NCBI GenBank assembly: GCA_951406725.2
Contig: OX597835.1
Coordinates: 26,598,001-26,662,000, forward strand
DNA: 64,000 nt
Source of the DNA: Octopus vulgaris
Lineage: Eukaryota
Direction of reading: 5' to 3'
Below are positions 1 to 13,147 of the stretch, in pieces. The translations under genes and the position numbers were made by a program. Positions within the stretch are counted from its first letter, which is position 1. Every line of letters starts with the position of its first letter. Below the pieces are notes generated by a model, which worked only from the letters and a program-made list of their open reading frames with translations, searched no databases and had not been told where the DNA came from.

Positions 1-241
1 TACTTGTTGTTTGGTTTTTGTCGAGCATTGGTGTGTTTAAGTATGGAAGGCATGAACTCTTATGAAGTTTCACCGAATTCTGATGCATTGTAATGCTATT
101 GTTGCCGGCGAGGGAGAGGGAGGAGAGACAAAGAAATACAAAATGAAGCCGATCTTCTTTTAATTCTATCTGAGGAATTTCCTGGTACCACTTATTTTTC
201 CATGGTGGCCATGTTGTAGAAACACGATGTGTCCTATTCTT

Positions 242-312
242 GTGTATGTGTGTGTGTGTGTGTGTATGTGTGTGTGTGTGTGTGCATGTGGGTGTATACA
301 TAGATACATACA

Positions 313-354
<42 letters not shown>

Positions 355-386
355 CATATATACATATATATATATATGTGTGTGTG

Positions 387-422
<36 letters not shown>

Positions 423-477
423 TATATATGTATATAGATAGATCGACAGATAGATAGATAGATGGATAGATAGATAA

Positions 478-539
<62 letters not shown>

Positions 540-675
540 CATATATACGTGTGTGCAGATATACATACATATGTATACATGCATGTACACATTTAGATAT
601 ATGTGTGGAGGGTGAGTATATGTGGGTGGGTGTGTATATGCGTGTGTGTGTGTGTGTGCGTTCGTGCGTGCGTGT
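242..675. repeat. Compound microsatellite (TG)n/(TA)n/(TATG)n/(GATA)n
   Basis: Direct reading; explains the YI/CV/LSIY ORFs. Confidence 0.95.
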
Positions 676-859
676 AATTATATTTATGCTTCGAAGTAGT
701 ATTTAATTCAGTTTGCTAACGGTAGATATTGGAACTACAGTACAATATCAGCTCAGAAAGACTGGTAAATAAGACAACACAGCAGATTTCACGATTTCGT
801 TCACTAAGCTTCACAAGTGTATGTTGTGTGTGTGTGTGTGTCTGTGTATCTTTGTGTCT

Positions 860-1068
860 ATGTTTGTCTCCCCACCACCGCTTGACAACCGGCGTTGGGG
901 TGATTGCGTCCCCGTAAGTTGGCGGTTCGGCAAATGAGACCGATAGAATAAGTACCGGGTTTTAAAGAAAAAGTTCCAGGGTTGATTCATTCGACTAAAG
1001 TTTCAAGGCGGTGCCCCAGCATGGCCGCAATCTAATGACTGAAGCAACTAAAGGATAAAAGATAAAAG
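860..1068 (+). mobile_element. SINE family A, 3' half
   Basis: cgcttgacaacc...cggttcggcaaa-gagaccgatagaataagtac...cagcatggccgca...tgactgaa matches the full copies (e.g. 4183-4610). Confidence 0.85.
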
Positions 1069-1111
1069 AAATACATACATACATACATACATACATACAT
1101 ACATACATACA

Positions 1112-1183
<72 letters not shown>

Positions 1184-1190
<7 letters not shown>

Positions 1191-1560
1191 ACCTCACAGT
1201 ACGAGTGTAATTCGTTCCATGACCGAGCTCGTCTTACGATTTACTCGATTTACAAATCAATTTTCCCCCTTTGAAATTAACTAAAATATATTTAATCCGT
1301 TCCACCTCCCCCAAGACCACTCAAAATTATTTTTCTATGGGTTTTAAAACAGAAAAAATATTAGTTACAAGTAAAATGATAATTATAAAAACGAGAATGC
1401 AAAAGAAATATGTAAAGTGGTTTCATTATGAAGTGAATTACATTAAAGTTGGGACGATTTGTGTGCTCGTACTGCGGATTTCGTACTTCAAGACAAAAAT
1501 GTGCACGGGTCTCGGCTCGTATAGCTAATCACTCGTACAATGTTGCGAGGTTCTCCTCTG
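1184..1560. mobile_element. pogo/Tigger-like MITE remnant
   Basis: Starts CAGTGATACCTC...TACGAG and ends CTCGTAC...GAGGTTCTCCTCTG, degenerate TIRs resembling Tigger-type MITE ends. Confidence 0.55.
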
Positions 1561-1718
1561 TGTGTGTGTGTGTGTATGTGTATGTATGTGAATTATATAA
1601 GGGCCTCACATTGCATTATCAATGACTCATTTCAATGATTCTTTCTAGCAATGGCTTTGCTCGTATACGAGAAAGCAGTCCGTACATACACACACACACA
1701 CACACATATATATGTATG

Positions 1719-1792
<74 letters not shown>

Positions 1793-1831
1793 GATAGATA
1801 GATATAGATATATACATATATATATATCTAT

Positions 1832-1864
<33 letters not shown>

Positions 1865-2979
1865 CATACATACGTACGTGTGTGTGCAATAGTGTGTGTT
1901 TGTTTGTATATGTGTATGTGTGTGTGTTTGTATCTGACGCACACAGTCACATGTAAAAGCATAGACTCATAAAATAGGTGTCGTCTGGTTTTAAAGAATT
2001 TTAACGAGCTATTAATGAAACAAAACCATACGATCGGACAGGACATTTTTCTTGGTTGTTTTGTGTGAGAGAATGTTATTTAAACTTTACTGAAATATAA
2101 CGATGGAAGATGGAAAATATTTTTCATGAGGCCAAGAACACACACACGCACACACACACACGCATAAGCAGACGATATCAAATGTAACTTGGTAACAAGT
2201 CTAACTTTGTTTCTTTTGTATGACTGAAAAATAATTTCATTAAATAAACCAGGATGAAGAATGCTGAACAAATGGCTCTTTATTTATCAAAATTCTTAAA
2301 CTGAACTAAACTAAGTTACACTTCTCACGAAGTATCTTTTCCTTCTTTCATTTTCTGTTCATTCTTTTCGTCTGTCTTCCTTCAGTCTCTCTCACCTTCT
2401 CTCTCCTTTTCTTCCTCGCCCTCATACACACACTGTCTTCTACTTCTTTCGTTTTCATGTTATTTTCCTCTTCCTTCATTCTGGTTCTTCCTTTCTTTCT
2501 CTCTTCCTCCTTCTCTGTCTCCTTTTTACGTATACAGTTACGCCACCGTCACTACTATCTTCTAATGTAATATCCTTTTCTTTTGTCTTCATTTCGTTTT
2601 CGCCTGCCTTCCTTCTCATTTCCCCCTCTTCAATTTAACCTTGTTTCATCCTTTTCTCTCTCTCTCTTTCTTTTTCTACCTTTCGTTCTTACTTTTTACC
2701 CACCCTTCTCTCCTCTCGCTAATCTCAATGGCTCAATCATTACATTCATTTTTTAGTCATGTAACATATTTTGGAAGCAGCTTAGTTTTCAGTTCAACCT
2801 GACTGTTAAGTGTATTATTTTCAATTTACTGACTTTAGTTTATTTCCTTTTTTAATCTACATGGCTGCGATGGTTAAAAAGTTCGCCTCGCAGTCATATA
2901 GTTCCGTGTTCACTCTCAGCCACTATGTGTCGCTTGGTACAGTTGACTTGTTGAGTGCAATGGTGTGAATCTGTGTTGC

Positions 2980-3265
2980 AAGGCGGCGAGCTGGCAGAAC
3001 GTTAGCACGCCGGGCAAAATGCGTAGCCGTATTTCGTCTGCCGTTACGTTCTGAGTTCAAATTCTGCCGAGGTCGACTTTGCCTTTCATCCTTTCGGGTT
3101 CGATTAAATATGTACCAGTTACGCACCGGGATCGATATAATCGACTTAATCCGTTTGCCTGTCCTTGTTTGTCCCCTCTGTGTTTAGCCCCTTGTGGGCA
3201 GTAAAGAAATAAGAAACGCAGGCTCCCTCCCCCAAAATTTCGGACTTTGTGTCTATAGCAGAAAA
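2980..3265 (+). mobile_element. SINE family B with extended 3' tail and 17-bp TSD
   Basis: tRNA-like head GGCGGCGAGCTGGCAGAA, B-box-like GAGTTCAAATT, central GCCTTTCATCCTTTCGGG..GATTAAA; flanked by GTGTGAATCTGTGTTGC at 2963-2979 and 3266-3282. Confidence 0.9.
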
Positions 3266-3499
3266 GTGTGAATCTGTGTTGCGGATTAGAGAGAAGGAAG
3301 ATATGTGTACCAACGAAGGTAAGGATTATCTATTCTAGAATGATCAAAGGTGTACATAGGAGGGTGATGGGGGCATATCTGATGTTGCTTCATTTTAGTT
3401 TCCTGCAGGCTTTTGAATTGTTATAATTTTTGTCCAGGTTTTATGTGTTAAAAGGGTTTGACAGCGCTGAGTTGGATAATATTTGAAGTTGGTTGTAGT

Positions 3500-4010
3500 T
3501 AAGCCAGTCGATTTGTCGTGAGAGTTGGTGACCATGTCTAGAAGAATAGTTGCAGAAAATGTCAGCCAGTTGACATTGACTAACAGTGGTTGACCATGGC
3601 GAAGTGAAAAGTTATAGAAACTGGCAACACTTGAAACAATTAAGGAGATGTAGGGGGAGTTCTTGACCATATCTTTGATCAAAAGTTACCAAAGTCAGTC
3701 GACATGGTGAAATGGTGGCTGGCTATGTCTGGTTGAATATGGCTTGACTATGTCTAGATAAATATTTTCAGAAACTGGCTCCACTTAAGCTAGTCGACAA
3801 TTAGAGATAGTAATTGACCATATCTATTTGAATAGTTTCAAAACCAACTCTACTCATGCTAGCTGACGTGTAGAGATAGTTGTTGACTATGCCTAGATAT
3901 ATAGTTATAGAAATTGGCGGTACTTATTCTACCTGACACATAGAGATAGAGATTGACTGTATCGAGATGAAAAGGTGCAGAAATTGGCTGTACAGCTGGT
4001 ATGCGGTGAT
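3500..4010. repeat. Degenerate ~70-bp minisatellite
   Basis: TTGAC(C/T)ATRTCTAGA...AGAAA(C/T)TGGC-like unit recurs at 3744, 3814, 3883, 3953 (periods 70, 69, 70), with weaker copies near 3528, 3590, 3663. Confidence 0.75.
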
Positions 4011-4182
4011 AGGGATTTGTCAATGATTAGTACGTTAGACTGATCGACATCTATTAGTGCCTCGTCGCAGTCAAGCCTGTCTCTTTGCGCCTCTATAATA
4101 TAATACATGAGATAAAGGTTGCTGTGGATGAATCTTCTCGGAGTCACACTGATTTTCGCAGTCAAGCAACACTATCAACTAT

Positions 4183-4345
4183 ACGCGTAGGAGTGGCTGT
4201 GTGGTAAGTAGCTTGCTTACCAACCACATGGTTCCGGGTTCAGTCCCACTGCATGGCACCTTGGGTAAGTGTCTTCTACTATAGCCTCGGGCCGACTAAT
4301 GCCTTGTGAGTGGATTTGGTGGACGGAAACTGAAAGAAGCCCGTC

Positions 4346-4379
<34 letters not shown>

Positions 4380-4610
4380 GTGTGTGTGTGTGTGTGCGTG
4401 TTTGTCTGTGTTTGTCCCCCCAACATCGCTTGACAACCGGTGGTGTTGTGTTTACGTCCCTGTAACTTAGCGGTTCGGCAAAAAAGAGACCGATAAAATA
4501 AGTACTAGGCTTACAAAGAATAAGTCCTGGGGTCGATTTGATCGACTAAAGGCGGTGCTCCAGCATGGCCACAGTCACATGACTGAAACAAGTAAAAGAG
4601 TAAAAAGAGA
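4183..4610 (+). mobile_element. SINE family A, full length (tRNA head, CORE-like segment, internal microsatellite, hairpin tail)
   Basis: A-box-like TGGCTGTGTGG, B-box-like GGTTCAGTCCC, CCTTGGGTAAGTGTCTT, internal (TA)n(TG)n, tail CATGGCC..CAGTCA-CA-TGACTG-AAAC then (AGTAAAAG) repeats; about 30 related copies in the window. Confidence 0.92.
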
Positions 4611-4834
4611 GTATACGTACGAGCGCATTGGCCAAAAGTTTTGGCATTACAAACTTCGGGATTAGTGGAATGAAACTACAAGATTGACTCTCTTGTATTG
4701 CCTTTCCTTAGCAGTGCCTTTATCCTGGCTCACAGGCCTGGGAGTTCTCTCAGTTTTCTGCCAGGCGCAACAGTCGTCTACAAAACCGTAGCAACCAAGT
4801 TTATCTAACATAAACGTGTGAAGTTGGAGTCTTG

Positions 4835-5620
4835 GTTCTTTAGTTCCTCTTATTCCAGGCGGAATATTGGGCAGCACCAAAAGATCTCAATCCTCTATGA
4901 TCTTCTGCAAGAGACTTGGCATCCTCCCAGCTCAACTCCTCTGCATCTAGATCCTTTAGAACTGTCCCCTTCCATGCTAATGGGCGTCCACATTTCCTTT
5001 TTCACCTTCTGGTTTCCGATCGATGGAGCGCTTTCGGAATCTTGTGTGGTGGCATTCTAAACACATGTTTAGACGGCGAACTGGCAGAACCGTTAGCAAG
5101 CCGGGCGAAATGCTTAACGATATTTCGTCTGCCGTTACGTTCTGAGTTCAAATTCTGCCGAGGTCGACTATGGCTTTCATCCTTTCGGGTCGATAAATTA
5201 AGTACCAGTTACGCACTGGGTTCGATATAATCGACTTAATACCTATGTCTGTCCTTGTTTGTCCTCTCTGTGTTTAGCCCCTTGTGGGCAGTAAAGAAAT
5301 AGGCATTCTAAACACATGTCGAAGGAATCTGAGACGACGATCTTTCACTGTGATGCTTAATGGTTTCTTCCCGGTTCTCCCATAGACCTCTTTATTGTTT
5401 TTTTTTTCTGTCTTGCCAAGAGATGCTAAGAATTTTGCGGAGGGACATCTAGTGGAATACATCTAGCTTGTGAACAAGTCCAACTGGGATGACCACAGAA
5501 TTGTACAAAACTATTTGGCTTCTCAAAATCAACTGAAGAAATTGCCAGATATTGAAGTAGCTATTCAAACTCTTGTAGATTGTCGAGGTAGACATTAAAC
5601 TCTACTGTTTAATTGCGCCC
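4835..5620 (-). mobile_element. RTE-clade LINE 3' fragment, decayed, interrupted by SINE B
   Basis: Minus strand reads LDVFH*MSLRKILSISWQDR..NNKEVYGRTGKKPLSITVKDRRLRFLRHVFRMPPHKIPK, typical of the RTE ORF C-terminus; stops and frameshifts present. Confidence 0.8.
5069..5301 (+). mobile_element. SINE family B with 18-bp TSD
   Basis: GGCATTCTAAACACATGT at 5051-5068 and 5302-5319. Confidence 0.92.
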
Positions 5621-5679
5621 ATCCAAGACCCATCCAAGACCGAATTATGGATTTGTAGACACGTCACGCCTCGGTCACC

Positions 5680-5721
<42 letters not shown>

Positions 5722-6587
5722 CATCAACGTCGTCATCAAGTTGACCGACATTTAGGTAGATTGAGGATATCAGAAATTACGGAACCCACTGCTCATGGAG
5801 AAAGAGATAGTTAGATAGATAGATAGATAGAAAGAGAGAGAGGGAGAGAGATATAGAAAGAGAGAGGATGGGAGGGAGAGATGAGAGGGGGAGTGGGAGG
5901 AAAGGGAGAAATATAGACAGGGGGCAGATAGAAAGAGGGAGGGAGAGAGGGAAGAGAACAGAAGCAATCCCGTTGACATGTCGGACCTAAGATCGCACGC
6001 GCACACACAGACACACACAAGCCCATACACACACTCACAAACACACACACTAACACACACACACTCACACTGACAAACACACGCACCAACATACACACGC
6101 GTTCACCCTCTACGGTCCGACTCAGCTCATCTGCGACTATTAACGGCGACGGATAAGGGAAATAGGAGGGAGGAGGGGGGGTCGGTAGAAGGCTGAGGTG
6201 GTGGGGGGGAGAAGGGATTGAAGGCGATGGGGGGAAGAAGTGTTGTAGAAACATAATAACAGATTGGTTATAAAGGAACAGCGCCAGCCTGTATAATTAA
6301 CATGGCTAACTGGCCACTGGTATATATACTTACTTTTGGGTCAGCGTGACATAGAGTAACTTATATAAGGTCGATAACCGAAGATGTCTGCGCGTCGGCC
6401 GTCACCCGCCCTCTCATTCTCTTTGTCTCTGTCTTTCTGTTTCTCTCTCTCTCTCTCTCTCTGTATCTGTCTCTCACTGTCTGACTGTCTGTCTGCCTGT
6501 CTCTCTCTCTCTCTCTCTCTTGTTCTCATTGTTTTTCTTACTCTTCCTTAAATACAAACATACATCCTTACGCGCACGCACACATGT

Positions 6588-6822
6588 CGGCGAGCTGGCA
6601 GAATCGTTAGCACGCCGGGCGAAAATGCGTAGCCGTATTTCGTCTGCCGTTAAGTGTTCTGGGTTCAAATTCCGCCGAGGTCGACTTTGCCTTTCATCCT
6701 TTCGGGGTCGATAAATAAAGTACCACCAGTTTCGCACTGGGGTCGATCTAATCGACTTAATCCTTTTGTCTGTCCTTGTTTGTCCCTCTATGTTTAGCCC
6801 CTTGTGGGTAGTAAAGAAAGAT
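6588..6822 (+). mobile_element. SINE family B
   Basis: Close match to 2980 and 5069 copies. Confidence 0.9.
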
Positions 6823-6829
6823 ATATATA

Positions 6830-7215
6830 GGCGCAGGAGTGGCTTGCTAACCAACCACATGGTTCCGGGTTCAGTCCCACTGCGTGGCATCTTGGGCAAG
6901 TGTCTTCTGCTATAGCCCCGGGCCGACCAATGCCTTGTGAGTGGATTTGGTAGACGTAAACTGAAAGAAGCCCGTCGTATATATGTATATATATGTATAT
7001 ATATGTGTGCATGTGTGTGTTTGTCCTCCTAGCATTGCTTGACAACCGATGCTGGTGTGTTTACGTCCCCGTTACTTAGCGGTTCGGCAAAAGAGACCAA
7101 TAGAATAAGTACTGGGCTTACAAAGAATAAGTCCCGGGGTCGATTTGCTCGACTAAAGGCGGTGCTCCAGCATGGCCGCAGTCAAATGACTGAAACAAGT
7201 AAAAGAAAATTAAAG
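6830..7215 (+). mobile_element. SINE family A
   Basis: Close match to 4183-4610 with a short deletion in the head. Confidence 0.9.
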
Positions 7216-7228
7216 AAAAAAATATATA

Positions 7229-7269
<41 letters not shown>

Positions 7270-7428
7270 TGATATTTAGCAAAAGCGTCAGAGTGACTCA
7301 AGGTCCGACAGTTTCGTGCTTCTGCTTAATATTAATAAAAATATACATACGTATACTCATGTTTTGAGTTCTGTTTTCTTTCCTGTTCGCATCACTCCAC
7401 CTATATCAATAGGCGTGTCTGTAAATAT

Positions 7429-7591
7429 AGGCGCAGGCGTGTCTGTGTGGTAACAAACTTGCTTCCCAACCACATGGTTCCGGGTTCAGTCCCACTGCGT
7501 GGTACCTCGGGCAGGTGTCTTCTATAATAGTCTCGGGCCGACCAAAGCCTTGAGAGTGGATTTCGTAGACGGAAACTGGAGGAAGGCCGTC

Positions 7592-7679
<88 letters not shown>

Positions 7680-8235
7680 TTGTTCCCCACCCCACCCGCC
7701 ATCCCTTATCAGTCAATGTTGGTATGCTTATGTCACCCGTAACTTAGCGGTTCTGCCTAAGAGACCGACAGAATAAAAACTAGGCTTACAAAGAATAAGT
7801 CATGGGGTCGATTTCTTTGACTAAAATCATCTAAGGTGATGCTCCAGCATGGCCGCAATCAAATGACTGAAGCAAGTAAAAAGAAAAAAGAGAGCATATG
7901 TGGCTGTTTGGTAAGAAGTTTGTTTCCCAACCACATGGTTCCGGGTTCAATCCTACGGCGTGGCACCTTGGCCAAGTGTCTTCTACAGTAGCCTCAGGCC
8001 GACCAAAACTTTGTGAGTGGATTTGGTAGACGGAAACTGGAAGAAGCTCACCGTGTGTGTGTGTGTATCTTTATATATATGCTTGTTCCACTACTATTGC
8101 TTGATAACCGATCTTGGTGTGTTTACGTCCCCGTAACTTAGCGGTTCGGTAAAAGAGACAAATAGAAGAAGTGCCAGGCTTAAAAATAGAAAGTTCAGGG
8201 GGTCAAAATGATTAAAACAAGTAAAAGAATAAAAG
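7429..8235 (+). mobile_element. Two tandem SINE family A copies (7429-7890, 7897-8235)
   Basis: Two successive heads and tails. Confidence 0.88.
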
Positions 8236-8249
8236 AATATATATATATA

Positions 8250-8450
8250 ATACAAAATGAGACAAGAACGCAAAACATCTGGACAGCCAGGTGATACAAA
8301 AAGGGACAAGAAAACATCCAGATAGATGATACAAAGAAAACAAGGACGGGTCATTCGAAGTTTTCTTTCTTCAGTTAAACACCAGATTATCATCGCAATT
8401 TCGGCTGAATATTCTTGAGATTGCTCCAATTTGTCCCACTGCTTCACATC
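8250..8450. repeat. Unclassified (TA)n-flanked interspersed repeat; second copy at 29490-29760
   Basis: Shared TACAAAATG.GAC.AGAACGCAAAACATC...GGACGGGTCATTCGAA...TCGCAATTTCGGCTGA...CTTGAGATTGCTCCAAT. Confidence 0.75.
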
Positions 8451-8469
8451 TCATGTCTCATCTCAATCT

Positions 8470-8523
<54 letters not shown>

Positions 8524-8675
8524 GAGGGCATTATTACACATAAATGCCACACGCTAGGAGGGACTTTCAAAGTCATTACTACCAAAAATAAATAACGCTA
8601 ACTACCTGATAATTTCTTGTTAAGATTTCTTATTAAGATTTTATCCTTAATTGTTATATATATATATATATATCT

Positions 8676-8802
<127 letters not shown>

Positions 8803-9119
8803 AAGTGTAAGAGTTTGTGCACATACATACACAAACATATACACAGCGCATACACACACATATACAAACTTAAATGAGTCCAACCACACACGCACACACA
8901 CTCGTCATACCACTTAAATATGAGTATGTCAGATACCATGCAACGTAAATGCTTGGCTTATTCAAATTAACGCCGATTAAGACCTGTTCCATTTAAGAAG
9001 GGGGTGATAATCTCAAAATTCAAGAGTTCTTCACGGCTGGCACGCCGTTAAATAAAAGGAGAAGCTTATTGTCTAAAAATAAGAGTGCAGTCATTGATAC
9101 GTGTTTCTTCTTCAATAGT

Positions 9120-9850
9120 TGTCATCAGCACCTGGGTATCATTGAAAGAGATAAGATGAATGAACACAAGATGAAGGAAATGTATATGAAAGAGTATTTG
9201 AGGAAAACTCGGCTTGTGCTCCGATCGAAGCTAAATGGCCGTTAAAAGATCGGAGAAATTAAAACGCGGGTGGTTGTTTTGATGAGATATGGGGCAGGAA
9301 TTTGTATCTTGGAAGAAACGTTGAATTACAAGAAATACACCGGAGAACATGTAAATTAATGATAATGAACAAGAAACTACACCCCAAGAGTGATGTGTCA
9401 AGATTGTGTGTAAAGAGGAAAGAAGGAAGATGGGGATTGGTGTGTTCTGAAGGTTGCGTAAGGGAAGAGGGGAACAGCCTGGCTTGGTATGTCAAGGGGA
9501 ATAAAGAAGAAATGATTGGAGCAGGGAAAATGCAGGGAAGCTTAGAAGTGAACGAAGTTGTAGATCCAACACAATTTAAGAATGACCAGAGAGAGCAGAC
9601 GAAGAAAATTTGGCAGGACAAGAAAATGCACAGTTAGTTCTTGAAGAATAAAGATGAGATTGATTGGAATAGAACCTGGCAATGGCTGCAGAAAGTAGAC
9701 TTTAAAGGGCTCACTGAGGCATTAGAGTGCAGGGCTCAAGAATAAGCTCTCAGAACGAACTATTCCAAATATCACATTGATAAAAGCACTGACTCGCCAC
9801 AGTGTAGGATGTGCTCAGAGAAAGAAGGAAGTATAAGCCATATAACTATT
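9120..9850 (+). mobile_element. R4/Dong-clade non-LTR retrotransposon fragment (RT thumb to zinc knuckle), decayed
   Basis: Translates to HLGII..KEYLRKTRLVLRSKLNG..MRYGAG..KKLHPKSDVSRLCVKRKEGRWGL..TWQWLQK..AQE*ALRTNY..CRMCSEKEGSISHI, matching the R4/Dong pattern including CxxC...H; in-frame stops. Confidence 0.85.
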
Positions 9851-10137
9851 GAAAAGGTTGCAAGACGCAACGAAAATTTTAGGAAAATAAAAATAAGAAA
9901 AAAGTGGAAATTTTACCGGTGAGTATGTTATATTATAAGGCACAAAAAGAAAATGACTCTCCCCAGACACAACAGAATACATTTATTCTCCATTCTCTTC
10001 TCTTTGTTTTCCCTCAATATCGAAAATTTCAATAATCCTAAATATGTACCAAAGACTTTACCATTATACGATACGGATTGAACCTGTGGAATACCTTGGA
10101 TTTCATAATCCCTAATGAGGACTTGACTTCCTCGAAT

Positions 10138-10556
10138 GGCTGTGGGGTAAGTAGCTTACTTACCAATCACATAATTCCGGGTTCAGTCCCACTGCGTGGC
10201 ACGTTGAGCAAGTGTCTTCTGCTATAGCCTCGACCCGACCAAAGCCTTGTGAGTGGATCTGGTAGACGGAAACTGAAAGAAGCTCGTCGTATATGTTTCT
10301 ATATATATATATATATATGTATATTGTGTATGTTTGTGTGCCTGTGTTTGTCCCCACCCCAACATCGCTTGACAACCGATGCTGGTGTGTTTACGTTCCC
10401 GTCACTTAGCGGTTCGGCAAAAGGGAGCGATTGAATAAGTACCGTGCTTACAAATAATAAGTCCTAGGGTCGATTTGCTCGACTAAATGGCGGTGCTCCA
10501 GCATGGCCACAGTCAAAATGACTGAAACATGTAAAAGGGAAAAATAGAATAAAAGA

Positions 10557-10595
<39 letters not shown>

Positions 10596-10772
10596 TGTGT
10601 ACATATATATATGCAGGCGTAGCTGTGTAGTAAGACGCGTGCTTCCCAATCGCATGATTCAGGGTTCAGTTCCACTGCGTGGCACCTTGAGCAAGTGTCT
10701 CCTACTATAGCTTCCGGCAGACCAAAGCCTTGTGAGTGGATTTGGTAGACGGAAACTGAAAGAAGCCCATCG

Positions 10773-10817
<45 letters not shown>

Positions 10818-11030
10818 CCCCCCCCCCCCCCACATACACACACACGCATCGCTTGTGAACCGATGTTGGTGGTGTTTACGTCCCCGTAACCTAGCGGTTC
10901 GGCAAAGAAAAACCGATAGGATAATAAATAAGAGGCTCACAAAGAATAAGTCGTGTGGGGCCGACTTGTTCGACTTAAACGCTGTGCTCCAGCATGGCCG
11001 CAGTCAAATGATTGAAACTAGCGAAAGAAG
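10138..11030 (+). mobile_element. Two tandem SINE family A copies (10138-10556, 10613-11030)
   Basis: Family match. Confidence 0.88.
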
Positions 11031-11491
11031 CCCACCCCCTGCCACCCGCCCCAGCACCCTTTATCCTATCCACTCCCATTCCCATTCTATTAACCCTCCT
11101 ACTCCAACGGGTTCCACTACACATGTCAGTCTGCCTCCCCCTTCCTTCTTTCTCTCTCCTCCCCCACTCTCTCCCTCTGTGTCTCTAGAGTCTTTTAATT
11201 AGTTCCCTCTTACCGTAAATACTTAACTCCTACTACACAAATTCACCTCCTCCTCCTCCTCCTCTTCTATTTCTTTCCATTCTCCTTCCTCTCCTCCACA
11301 CTTACTCCTCCCACTTGCTCCTCCCACTCTCTAATTCAAGCGTATCCTCTCTCTCTCTCGCTCTCTCTCTCTTTCTCTTTCTTTACTTTTTACCCTCTCC
11401 TCTTTGACCGTCACACATATTTTTCTTCCTTTCACTTTCTGTTTCATATCTTTATTTTTCATCTTTTTCTTTCCACAACTATACGCTCTCC

Positions 11492-11560
<69 letters not shown>

Positions 11561-11607
11561 CATCCATCCATCCATCTATCTATCTATCTATCTTTCTATC
11601 TATCTAC

Positions 11608-11682
<75 letters not shown>

Positions 11683-12576
11683 CCTATCTGTCCCTTCCTC
11701 TCTCTGTCTTTTTCGTTCCTTCTCATTCTCTATTTCTCTTTTTGTGTCTATCAGTCTATCTATCCATCCGTTTATCTTTCTCCTAATGTCTCTCTCACAC
11801 ACACGTGCGCGCACACACACGTGCGCGCGCGCGCGCACACACACACACACAGCACACATACAAACACACACTCACACATACACATTTTCATCCTTCTTTC
11901 TCTCCATCTCCTTCACTGATAACTTTATCTTCTCTCTCTCTCTCTCTCTCTCATTCTCTCCCTCTTTCTCTTTTCTCTCAATGTATCTATCTCTCTATCT
12001 ATCTTTTACTCACACTCACACAAACACGCATAAATACACACGCAAACATACGTTTTCGTCTTTCATTCTCTCATTTATTTCTCCCTCGCACCCGCCCTCT
12101 CTCCCTCCATCACACACACACACACACACTTCTCTTTCAAACATTTACCCCTTTCTGTTTTCTGTTTCTCTCCTTCACTCATAATTTCTTTCTTCAATCT
12201 CTATCATTCACAAAAGTACACCTCCACCTCTCTCTCCCCACCTCTCTCTCCCCACCTCTATCTCCCCACCTCTCTCTCCCCACCTCTCTCTCCCCATCTC
12301 TCTCTCTCCCATTCCCTCACCTTCTTCTCTCTCTACCTTAAACACACATACCCACACTCTTTCGCTCTTTTTTCTTCTTTCTCCTCTTCCTCCCCCTTTC
12401 TCTTCCTCCTACCACTTCAGACAGTCAAAAGACACAATATACTGTCGTCTGTTTTCCTCCAGATGTCAAGTGTCACAACTTCCGGTTGTTACTCTTACCT
12501 TAATGACTAACGATGACTCACTCTCTTCTCAAGCAACTTACTCTTAGTTCCTAACAATTATCTCTCTTCCTCTTTT

Positions 12577-12626
<50 letters not shown>

Positions 12627-12770
12627 TGTCTCTGTCTGTCTCTGTCTCTCCCTCACTCTCTCAGTTCTCTCTTATTGCCATTCGTTTTCTTTTTCTTCGC
12701 TTATTGTCATACTCCTTTTCTTTTCCTCTCTATCCTGTTCTCTTTTTCTCTTTTTTCCCCGTTTTCTTTT
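11030..12770. repeat. Pyrimidine-rich low-complexity block with (CTAT)n, (CT)n, (CA)n
   Basis: Direct reading. Confidence 0.9.
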
Positions 12771-13147
12771 ATGTAACCGTTTGTTCACTTATCCGCATAT
12801 CTGTTCTGCATCTATGTATGTATGCATGTATGCGTATTTGCAGTCATGCATGCATGTAGGCATGCATGATGCACGCAAGTATCTCTGTTAGCAGGCAATT
12901 ATATATATTTGCATTTACAAGCATATATGCATGTATGCATGTATTTATGTTCCTGTATATGTATATGTGCGTGTGTGAATGTGTATTATGTGTGTGAATG
13001 TGTATTATGTGTATTATGTGTGTGTATTTATGTATGTATAGAATAAGGCAGCATGTATGCATGTATACATACAGCATTTGTGATCAGCTCGACAAACAAC
13101 TTGTAGGCTTCAAAAGTCATTGAATTTCACATTTGGAAAGAGCATTT

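Noticed and set aside
3500-4010. CRISPR-like regular spacing
   Set aside because: Eukaryotic context, the whole unit is similar and degenerate, no unique spacers and no cas genes.
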